A DNA stretch of 64,000 nt from assembly GCA_903845155.1 (NCBI GenBank), contig CAIMWN010000018.1, positions 5,594 to 69,593 of the forward strand, read 5' to 3'. The notes below the pieces were generated by a model, which was not told the DNA's origin, made no database searches, and saw only the letters and a list, made by a program, of their open reading frames with translations. Of the stretch, positions 25,562 to 33,756 are shown one piece after another. Each line of letters begins with the position of its first letter. The stretch's first letter is position 1. Position numbers and translations under genes: made by a program. This stretch comes from Oligoflexia bacterium. Lineage in GTDB: Bacteria > Bdellovibrionota > UBA1018 > CAIMNF01.

Positions 25562-27900
25562 GTGTCGGGAATAGTATTCCTCATGATTCAGGCTTGGGTC
25601 ATGTCTGTGGCGAAAGTGTTTTTATTGATGATCGTGCTGAAACTCGTGGTGAAGTACACGTGGGCTTAGTCTGTAGTTCCATTGCGTGCGGTGATTTAAT
25701 TGAAATAGATGCAAGTGAGGCACTCAGGCATCCCGATTGTTTAGGGGTATTTACCGCCAAGGATTTCGTGCATAAAAAATGGGGAACCATTGTCCATGAC
25801 CAACCATTTTTGGTGGAAGACAAAATAAATTATATGAGTGAGCCCGTTTGCATTGTGGCTAGCCGCACACGGGATTCCATTGAAGCAATTAAACATTTAG
25901 TGAAGTTACAGGAAAAAGCGGCAGCAGGTATTTTTACCATTCAAGATGCCAGGAAAAATCAGTCTGTGATTTACCGCGCACTGAAGCCTTTTGTACAAGG
26001 AAACGTGGATCAAGCATTGAAGATGGCCCCTCATAAGCTCACCGGAACGTTTACGGTGGGTGGGCAAGAACATTTTTATATGGAATCGCAAGCGGCGGTG
26101 ATTTACCCACTTGAGAATGGGCAACTTGAAATTCATTCATCAAGCCAACATCCCAGTGAAACTCAGCGTACCGTTGCCGAGGCTTTAGGTTTATCGCTTC
26201 ATCAAGTGGTGTGTGTGGTGAAGCGTATGGGCGGGGGTTTTGGTGGCAAGGAATCTCAGGCAGGCCCTATTGCGGCTTATGCTGCATTGGTCGCTCAAAA
26301 GTTAAAGAAACCTGCTCGACTCATTCTCACTAAAGATGAAGACATGAAAATTACGGGAAAAAGACACCCTTTTCAGAATGAGTACGAAGTCGCTTTCGAC
26401 GATGACGGTAAAATTCTAGGAGTGAAGGTACTACTTCAATCAGACGGAGGAGCGTACGCGGATCTTTCTGCCTCTATTCTCGATCGGGCGATGTTTCACT
26501 TCGATGGAGTCTATTATTTAGAGAACGTGCACATCGATGCTGTTTGTTATCGAACGAACAATCATTCGAATACTGCATTCAGAGGTTTTGGTGGTCCACA
26601 GGGAAACATGACCATGGAAAGCATTATCGAAGATATCGCACATTTTTTGAAAAAGGATGCAGCCGTCGTGCGACTTCGAAACCTTTATCAAGGTCCGAAC
26701 GTCAAAACCCCGTACGGACAAAATCTTGAAAACAATATGCTGCCTGAGATTTTTAGACAACTCATCACTACTTCGGAGTATGAAAAGCGCCGAGTGGAGA
26801 TTGATAAGGAAAATCTAAAAAAAACAGGGGTGCTTCGCGGGATTTCCATCACCGGCACAAAGTTTGGAATAGCCTTTACTGCGCGTTTCCTTAATCAAGG
26901 GAATGCCCTCGTCAATTTGCATTTGGATGGGACTGTACAGGTGAGCACTGGTGCGACTGAAATGGGCCAAGGCGTGAACACTAAGATTCAGCAAATCGTA
27001 GCGCATGGTTTTGGGATTGAATCCGGATCAGTTCAAGTGATGACGACTTCTACAGAGAAAAATCATAATACCTCGCCTACGGCAGCATCCAGTGGTTCTG
27101 ATATTAATGGGGCGGCAGCGCTGAAAGCGGTAAACAAGATTAAGGTGAATTTAATAGGGCTTGCTCGTAAGAAATTCGCCGGTGAAGTGAGTTCCGCATT
27201 GAAAGAGTATGAGTTAGAGCAGAACGCGGAAACCGTGCCTTTAGATCCGAATTTTATCTTTCAACATGGTAAAGTAGTGGAACTTTCCACCAAAAAGGAA
27301 ATCTCTTTAAAAGAGCTCATTAGCATCGCTTATCAAAATCGTGTTTCTTTAGGTGCCTATGCACATTTTAAAACTGGTGGCCTTGGGTTTGATAAAGAGA
27401 AAGTGGAAGGCAAAGCGTTCAATTATTTTACGCAAGGAATGGCCGTGAGCGAAGTTTCTGTTGATGAATATACCGGTGAAGTGAAGGTTTTACGTGTAGA
27501 TCTATTGATGGACCTGGGTCGTTCTATTAATCCCGGTATTGATCGCGGGCAAGTGGCGGGAGGCTTTGTGCAAGGGATGGGGTGGGTCACTACTGAAAAT
27601 CTTTTTTACGATGAAAGACGAAATCTTATTTCTCATTCTCCGACTACTTATAAAATCCCAAATATTCAAGATACGCCACGCGAATTTAATATTCATTTTA
27701 TTGAAAACCTAAATAACGACTGTAATGTGTACGGTTCAAAAGCCGTGGGGGAGCCACCACTCTTGTTGGGGTCAAGTGTGTGGACAGCCGTAAAACATGC
27801 GCTCAGTTATCGGTCGAAAAGCAACATGGTAAACCTCACATCTCCTGCGACGGGCGAAGTGGTGTTAATGGAATTGACTCGCTTAAAGAGGAGCCCTTGA
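25558..27900 (+). CDS. xdhB: Xanthine dehydrogenase molybdopterin-binding large subunit
   Basis: 780 aa; aldehyde-oxidase/xanthine-dehydrogenase a/b hammerhead and MoCo-binding blocks (GGGFGGKE, GQGxxTK). Confidence 0.9.
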   Translation: MSVGNSIPHDSGLGHVCGESVFIDDRAETRGEVHVGLVCSSIACGDLIEIDASEALRHPDCLGVFTAKDFVHKKWGTIVHDQPFLVEDKINYMSEPVCIVASRTRDSIEAIKHLVKLQEKAAAGIFTIQDARKNQSVIYRALKPFVQGNVDQALKMAPHKLTGTFTVGGQEHFYMESQAAVIYPLENGQLEIHSSSQHPSETQRTVAEALGLSLHQVVCVVKRMGGGFGGKESQAGPIAAYAALVAQKLKKPARLILTKDEDMKITGKRHPFQNEYEVAFDDDGKILGVKVLLQSDGGAYADLSASILDRAMFHFDGVYYLENVHIDAVCYRTNNHSNTAFRGFGGPQGNMTMESIIEDIAHFLKKDAAVVRLRNLYQGPNVKTPYGQNLENNMLPEIFRQLITTSEYEKRRVEIDKENLKKTGVLRGISITGTKFGIAFTARFLNQGNALVNLHLDGTVQVSTGATEMGQGVNTKIQQIVAHGFGIESGSVQVMTTSTEKNHNTSPTAASSGSDINGAAALKAVNKIKVNLIGLARKKFAGEVSSALKEYELEQNAETVPLDPNFIFQHGKVVELSTKKEISLKELISIAYQNRVSLGAYAHFKTGGLGFDKEKVEGKAFNYFTQGMAVSEVSVDEYTGEVKVLRVDLLMDLGRSINPGIDRGQVAGGFVQGMGWVTTENLFYDERRNLISHSPTTYKIPNIQDTPREFNIHFIENLNNDCNVYGSKAVGEPPLLLGSSVWTAVKHALSYRSKSNMVNLTSPATGEVVLMELTRLKRSP

Positions 27901-27902
27901 GC

Positions 27903-28703
27903 ATGGAACAGAGTCTCCCTCAGTTTTGCGAGCGCTTTTTAGAGCTTTATCAAAATAAAACTCCGATGGTAGTCGTGACCCTAACCGATATGGTAGGACA
28001 TGCACCGCAAGATGTAGGCGCAAGAATGATCGTCGGAACGGACGAAATTTATTTCGGGACCGTGGGCGGCGGTAAGCTTGAAAAGCGTTGTATTGATTTA
28101 TCACGCGAGTTTCTAACATCAAAAATTCCAATTAAAAATCAGTCCCATCAATGGAACCTGCCACGCGATATTGGAATGACTTGCGGTGGAGAGGTGACCC
28201 TTTATTTTGAAACTTATAAACCTGAAGAGACGTGGAAGATTGCAATCTTTGGTGCGGGACATATTTCTCAGGAGTTAGTCCCCATATTGCTAAAATTAAA
28301 TTGTGAACTAACCGTCGTTGATCCGAGGCCAGAGTGGTTAAGTCGATTGCCCCATTCTCCTCGTTTGAAGAAGATTCAAGAAGAGAATATGCCGCTAGTG
28401 CTAGAGACTTTAGATTCGAACACTTTTGTTGCCATCGTGACCATGGGGCACGCGACCGACTACCCATTGGTGAAGCTAGCACTTGAAAAACATCATTTTC
28501 CCTATCTAGGAGTCATTGGAAGTAAAGTGAAGAGAATTAAAATGAACGCAGATTTGATAGCGAGCGGAATTCCTGAAAAGCTAGCTAAAGAGGGATTTTA
28601 TTTACCCATGGGTGAAGATTTCGGCAGAAACACACCGGCCGAAATTGCCTTAAGTATTGTGGCGCAATTGTTGAAAACAAGAGATCAGCTCTTCAATCCG
28701 TAG
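27903..28703 (+). CDS. xdhC: XdhC-family molybdenum-cofactor insertion chaperone
   Basis: XdhC/CoxI N- and C-terminal Rossmann-like halves (VVVTLTDMVGHAPQDVGARMIV...GGG...IFGAGHISQELV). ATG 27903 with SD aagaggag is preferred to the ORF-track start at 27780, which would overlap xdhB by 120 nt. Confidence 0.8.
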   Translation: MEQSLPQFCERFLELYQNKTPMVVVTLTDMVGHAPQDVGARMIVGTDEIYFGTVGGGKLEKRCIDLSREFLTSKIPIKNQSHQWNLPRDIGMTCGGEVTLYFETYKPEETWKIAIFGAGHISQELVPILLKLNCELTVVDPRPEWLSRLPHSPRLKKIQEENMPLVLETLDSNTFVAIVTMGHATDYPLVKLALEKHHFPYLGVIGSKVKRIKMNADLIASGIPEKLAKEGFYLPMGEDFGRNTPAEIALSIVAQLLKTRDQLFNP

Positions 28704-31700
28704 ACATGCATGCGGTTGATGCCGCCGTCCGGATATACCGTTACTTTGATTTGCTTAAATTCCTGTGAAGAGTGAATTCTAAATTCTATTTTATTCCCAG
28801 CATATGCTTTCACATTGGTTTTGGGAACGAGGATGTTCCATTGATCGCCGCCTGAAAGTGTCAGACCCTGAAGACTCAACTCAAAGGGATTATTGTTTCT
28901 AAAAAATGTAAAATCAATTTCAATGCGATGAATTTGAGAAGGGCGCCCCAGTTCAACAGTTACTTCTTCGAAGTGTCCCTTCGTTCTGCTTCTTGCTGAC
29001 TCGGATCCATCAAACATATTTACCGGAGGATAAGGCGAGATCATTTGCACTGCAGGACTGTAATGTTCGTTCGTGGCACCCGTAATTTTTCCTCCATAGG
29101 CGAGGCATGCAAGATCTACCTCAGCACCTTCAGGTAAGCGATCCCAATTCTGTTGAATGGTAGTAGGTGTGGCATTGTATTTGGGTGTCAGTGGCCGCAC
29201 CGGGTGCGGAATGGGATCAGGAAAAAGAATATTCTTTGCTTGATCTAATGGCTGAAAGTTAATTTTATCTTGTTCGGGCAGTGATTCATTAAATAGGCCC
29301 ACACGCGACAAGCCCCCGTCTGGATACATGGATACGCGAATAGTTTTGTAGGTGGTGTCATCCTTTGCGAGTTGCACTTGCTTTAAAGAGTGACCTTCTA
29401 GTTTCAATTTAGGTAAGATTACTTTCCACTGGTCTGATCTAATATCTAGGCCTTCAATCGTGACGGCCTCGGGATGATTTCCTTGATGAAATTGAGTAGA
29501 GAGTGAAACAAAGTGGATTGGAGAAGGTTTCTTCAATTGAAAGGTAAGACTGTCTCGAGGGTCGTGTGCAGGTTTGTAATTATGTCTGACGCTCTCCCAG
29601 CTATCCATGATTTTCCCCTGACGGCCATACAGTTCGGGATCAAATATAGGAAGGTTCGGCGACAAAAGGTTTTCAGCTCGTGCAAAACGCTCGTTGGTGA
29701 CCTCCAGTATTTTACTTCCTACCGCTAAGTTGAAGGGAGCCAGTGGGTCGGGCGTTCCTTTGATGGTGATTGCTTCTGGCTGGTCTGGTTTAAACGCTTC
29801 AAAAATAAGCCTTTTGTAGCCTAAATTCACTATTTCTTCCTGAGGAATGCTTGAGGTGTCGAAGTCAGATTTGAAAAGGGTGGTGTCCACTCCTTGAAAA
29901 TTGAGCTCCTTTAAAATAAGTTGTGCGGCCTCTGCAATAAACAGAACGCCTTTTGTGTCTGCATTGCACAGGATAACAAAGCCGAGTCCTCGATCTGGCC
30001 CCGAAAAACATTGAACAAAGAGACCACGAAAACCATCATTTGCTCCTTGATGAATGGCGAAGCGATTTGGGCCCGCTTCAGCAATAAAAACACCTAATCC
30101 AATATTCACTCCCATGAACTTCTGACTCAAGCGATCTTGGTCACCCAGCATCTGTATCGCCGTATCGTGCGAAATAGGACCTGAGCCCTTGATTGAATGG
30201 AAACTCTCGGTGAGCTTGCTTAAAAATGAAGCCATGTCTGAGGCAGTACCCATAGCACCGGCTGCAAAAGCTGGAAACTTCTTGCGGGTGCCTTTGACGG
30301 GCTCGCCTGAATCCAAATAACCATGAGCATAGTCAATGCCGGGAATTGTATTTTGCTCAAAGCTTAAATGGTGAAGCCCCAGTTCTTTGAAAAAATCTTG
30401 GGTCATTTCTTGAATACTCTTTTGTTCTAGTGATTCCAAGAGATGCTCGAGCACCAAGAACCCTCCGCCTGAGTATTGAAACGCAGAACCCGGTTCATGA
30501 AGTACGCCCACTTTGGGATATCCGTATTTTTGGTTGCCACTGAGAAGTTCCGAAATGCGAGGCATGGGCTCGTCCGCGGGAATCCCATTCACATAGTGCA
30601 TGTTTAATGCATTATGCTTCATCAGGTTTGCAAGTGTCACTTGGTTAGCCCACTCTGGACTATTTTTGTCCAAGGATTCTAATCTAAATGAAGAAGTGGA
30701 CTGTTCAAAAACGGAATTAACAGGAGTCGAAAGCGAAATGCCATTCTTTCTAAAATACTCAAGTGCAAAGGCGCTTGCCATCGTCTTGCTTAAGGATGCA
30801 AGCTCAAACCAAGTGTGCTCACCAACTCGTTCTTTCCCTCGCTGGCGATCACCAATGCATATGTTTTGTTTCGTCGTCAACGAGGTATTCACCGTGATGG
30901 TGGCGCCATTGACTTGGTAGCGAAGAAGTAATTGATTTAACTTTTCATGAAGATTTAAAAACGGCAGTTTCTTCAGCCTCTTGAGGCTGATTTCCCATAA
31001 AGCATTTCTTGCTTGAACGAGCTCCAGTTCCTGGGTGCTTTGTAAGCGCGTATTTAAATCAGCAAGTATCTCGGCGCTCGATTTTCCTTCTGCAGAAATG
31101 AGGTACTTAAACCCAAACTTCTTCAAGTAGCGGTCGCCCAATGCACGAAGTTCGGCCTGTGTCTCGGCGCCAGCTTTTAAAACAAGTGCTTGTTCTTGAG
31201 ATGCGACTTCATCGAGAGTTTTCTTGCTTTCGCCAATATTCCCGTGAAAGCTTGCGGCATGAAGGATGTCATCTAGGGTAAAGTTTTTTATAATCGTTTC
31301 AGCCTTCACCAAATCAACCGTGAGGTCAGAAGCAAGCGGGTGGGCAAACGAAACGCTTCCGCATATAGAAAAGTATTCGTTAAAACGTTGAATGTAATCT
31401 GTGCATAGAAACTTCTCAGGATCCAGTTTAGTCACGACATTCCAAGGGTCGCTTTCATTTCTGATTGACTCGACAGTAAACGGCAGTAAGAGTTCAGTTG
31501 CGAATTCGGGAGGGTGGGAACTTGTCATGAGTTTGATCATGATTTTCATTGCGATCCCGTACCATTTTTCAGTTCTTTCATCCCATTTCACTTGAACGAT
31601 TTTCTGAGCGTTCGATAAGTCTTTCCGAATGAAGAGCATTTCCTCATGAATAATTTTCAAGAATGCATCGATGCTAAATCGCCCATGATGAATCTCGTGC

Positions 31701-33433
31701 CAAACTTCCCAACGCGAGCGCTCCGCAGTGGCGAGGTCATCCATCACTCGTACAGAAACTCCATTGATGGTTGCAGGAAGTGCAACGCAGCCACGGCCTG
31801 ATAGCCAGTCGGTAAGGTACTGGAGTGATTGAAATACATTATAGCGGATTTCTTCGCTGTCGTTATTCGCTATAAATGGTGATTCCTTCATGTCGGCTAC
31901 AATTAATGACCGAGGATAGAGTGGGTGATGAGTGTCGAGGCCCACTATGTCTTTCCCGTGTATAAAACTCATCATGTCAGCGTGGTGCTCTTTTACTAGT
32001 AAACCTTCCACCATTTTTTGAAGAGGAGCAGAATCATTTTGTTGATGAAGTTCCCATGCGCGAACCAAGGCGAGTCCAATGCGAATAAAGTCTGGGTGGG
32101 CGACCCAAAAACCACTCAAGCCGCGCTTAAGCTGTGTGATCACATCTCTCATAAAACCTTTAATCGTCATTTGAAATGAGGCGCTCAGGCGATCATCGTC
32201 GATGGAAAGAATGCCATACATGCCGCCAATCTTAATCCCACCTCTTGAGCCCACCACTTCAGTGAGAAGATCGTGTGAGGCTTTGATGCATTTAATTACA
32301 ATATTCGGATCAGCCTTTACGGGAATTCGATAGTTTGAGTCCTCTCTAAATAAGCGTGCCGTTGAAGCGAGGTAGTCATGCCAACCAAGAGATGCACCAG
32401 CGAAGTAGGGATAGAGTGCGTCCATAATCTCATTCACGCGAAAGATCGCACGCGGATTTTCTAAAACGAGGAGTAAACGGATACTGCCCAACTTGTACGC
32501 GGAATGACGATTTTTGAGGAGTTTTTCTGTCGTTTCCACCATGTGATGAATGTAAAGAGCATCTTCTTCATTTTCTAGCTTGGGCACATAGAAGGTGAGG
32601 GCGGCTTCGTTTTCCCAATGTTTAAAACAATGGAGAGCAAAATCGTATAAGTGTAAAGGGATTGGTTGCTCACGGTAAAATAAGAAGGTGCAAGGCAGCG
32701 CGAGACCCGGAAAGCGTTTAATAGGAAGGGTGAGCCGTTCGCTTTCAATTTTGTAGGTTTTGTTATTTTTTGAGTCTGTAAAGCTTAAGCTCTGGTCGTA
32801 ACAGGCGTTCAGATTCATTGCTGCCGCGATTAAATCCTGTCGGATAGGCGTTTTTGAATCTTCATCATCCGCGCCCCATTTAGGAAGATCAGTGCTAGTT
32901 TCAAGCAATTCAGAAATAATGCTCGGTTCATCTTTGAGTTTACGATGAAAGGCATTCATCGCGTTGATACAGAGTTTTGCGTTATCGGGTGGACCAAAGA
33001 GAGTAACGTGATTTCCGCTCAAGTGCTTCGGAATAGGCGCAATGGGTTTGCCATAACCGCGTGTGCAGTAGTGTTCGTTTTTCGGCCCAAGCACAGTGCG
33101 GCCGTTTCCGTCTTCGTGGCTGATGACGGTTTCATATCGTGGATCCAGTAAATCAATTCCGAGTGTGCGATTGAGTTCGCTGCAAGCGCGCGTTCGTTGA
33201 TCAATAAATTGTCGATCTTGAGTGCGTTGAGAGAGTGTTGCAGCCAATTGCCCTTTCACGCCATCGTAAAGTTCGCATAAAAACTGAAGCGAAGATTGGG
33301 TCTCAAGGCCTCCACCTTTGCCTACTTCGCGAAGTTCAGGAATATTCGTAACGGGCTGGCTCTCAGCCAATAACTTGGAAAGAAGGGCCGGAGTAATATA
33401 ATCTTGATAATAGGGGATCTCTCGCTGTTTCAT
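28685..33433 (-). CDS. Four-module purine-catabolism fusion protein: malate-synthase-like / OHCU decarboxylase / serine beta-lactamase-fold hydrolase / allantoicase (two repeats)
   Basis: Uninterrupted 1582-codon ORF. aa 1-640 match malate synthase A blocks (VTLFGPPDNAKLCINAMNA; IRLLLVLENPRAIFRVNEIMDALYPYFAGASLGWHDY; FWVAHPDF). aa 650-825 match OHCU decarboxylase (SFHGNIGE; KKFGFKYLISAEGKSSAEILADLNTRL). aa 840-1180 carry SxxK (ASLSK), YxN (HYVNG) and HxG (IHQGANDG) of the beta-lactamase/PBP fold. aa 1200-1582 carry two allantoicase repeats (MDSWESVRH; GSESARSR) each ending YPDGG...R. ATGA-coupled to hiuH upstream. Confidence 0.8.
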   Translation of the reverse strand: MKQREIPYYQDYITPALLSKLLAESQPVTNIPELREVGKGGGLETQSSLQFLCELYDGVKGQLAATLSQRTQDRQFIDQRTRACSELNRTLGIDLLDPRYETVISHEDGNGRTVLGPKNEHYCTRGYGKPIAPIPKHLSGNHVTLFGPPDNAKLCINAMNAFHRKLKDEPSIISELLETSTDLPKWGADDEDSKTPIRQDLIAAAMNLNACYDQSLSFTDSKNNKTYKIESERLTLPIKRFPGLALPCTFLFYREQPIPLHLYDFALHCFKHWENEAALTFYVPKLENEEDALYIHHMVETTEKLLKNRHSAYKLGSIRLLLVLENPRAIFRVNEIMDALYPYFAGASLGWHDYLASTARLFREDSNYRIPVKADPNIVIKCIKASHDLLTEVVGSRGGIKIGGMYGILSIDDDRLSASFQMTIKGFMRDVITQLKRGLSGFWVAHPDFIRIGLALVRAWELHQQNDSAPLQKMVEGLLVKEHHADMMSFIHGKDIVGLDTHHPLYPRSLIVADMKESPFIANNDSEEIRYNVFQSLQYLTDWLSGRGCVALPATINGVSVRVMDDLATAERSRWEVWHEIHHGRFSIDAFLKIIHEEMLFIRKDLSNAQKIVQVKWDERTEKWYGIAMKIMIKLMTSSHPPEFATELLLPFTVESIRNESDPWNVVTKLDPEKFLCTDYIQRFNEYFSICGSVSFAHPLASDLTVDLVKAETIIKNFTLDDILHAASFHGNIGESKKTLDEVASQEQALVLKAGAETQAELRALGDRYLKKFGFKYLISAEGKSSAEILADLNTRLQSTQELELVQARNALWEISLKRLKKLPFLNLHEKLNQLLLRYQVNGATITVNTSLTTKQNICIGDRQRGKERVGEHTWFELASLSKTMASAFALEYFRKNGISLSTPVNSVFEQSTSSFRLESLDKNSPEWANQVTLANLMKHNALNMHYVNGIPADEPMPRISELLSGNQKYGYPKVGVLHEPGSAFQYSGGGFLVLEHLLESLEQKSIQEMTQDFFKELGLHHLSFEQNTIPGIDYAHGYLDSGEPVKGTRKKFPAFAAGAMGTASDMASFLSKLTESFHSIKGSGPISHDTAIQMLGDQDRLSQKFMGVNIGLGVFIAEAGPNRFAIHQGANDGFRGLFVQCFSGPDRGLGFVILCNADTKGVLFIAEAAQLILKELNFQGVDTTLFKSDFDTSSIPQEEIVNLGYKRLIFEAFKPDQPEAITIKGTPDPLAPFNLAVGSKILEVTNERFARAENLLSPNLPIFDPELYGRQGKIMDSWESVRHNYKPAHDPRDSLTFQLKKPSPIHFVSLSTQFHQGNHPEAVTIEGLDIRSDQWKVILPKLKLEGHSLKQVQLAKDDTTYKTIRVSMYPDGGLSRVGLFNESLPEQDKINFQPLDQAKNILFPDPIPHPVRPLTPKYNATPTTIQQNWDRLPEGAEVDLACLAYGGKITGATNEHYSPAVQMISPYPPVNMFDGSESARSRTKGHFEEVTVELGRPSQIHRIEIDFTFFRNNNPFELSLQGLTLSGGDQWNILVPKTNVKAYAGNKIEFRIHSSQEFKQIKVTVYPDGGINRMHVYGLKS

Positions 33434-33753
33434 GTGCCTCGATAGGTGGAGTATCCAAACGGGTTCAGTAAAAGTGGAACGTGATACTTTCGTTGAGTGT
33501 TTTCTACTTTAAAGATAACGGGTATGTCTTGGAAGAAGCATTCGGTAGATTTATTTTTAAAATAGTTTTCAATCTCAAAAATGATTTGATAAATCCCAAC
33601 ATTCTTTTCGATATCAAAGGAAAATCGGCCGTCCGCATTGGTCGTTCCCGCAGCGAGAGTGGTCCATTGGCCGCCATTTTTGATGAGCAACTTCACGGTG
33701 ACTCCAGAGGCAGCGGTTCCGAGACTCGTATCTAAAATATGAGTGCTGATCAT
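33430..33753 (-). CDS. hiuH: 5-hydroxyisourate hydrolase (transthyretin-like)
   Basis: 107 aa. N-terminal STHILDTSLGTAASGV and C-terminal ...YRGT (HIUase signature is YRGS). Confidence 0.8.
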   Translation of the reverse strand: MISTHILDTSLGTAASGVTVKLLIKNGGQWTTLAAGTTNADGRFSFDIEKNVGIYQIIFEIENYFKNKSTECFFQDIPVIFKVENTQRKYHVPLLLNPFGYSTYRGT

Positions 33754-33756
33754 TTC

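Noticed and set aside
27780-27902. Longer N-terminus for xdhC (ORF-track start at 27780)
   Set aside because: Would overlap xdhB by 120 nt with no SD. ATG 27903 has SD aagaggag and matches the XdhC family start.
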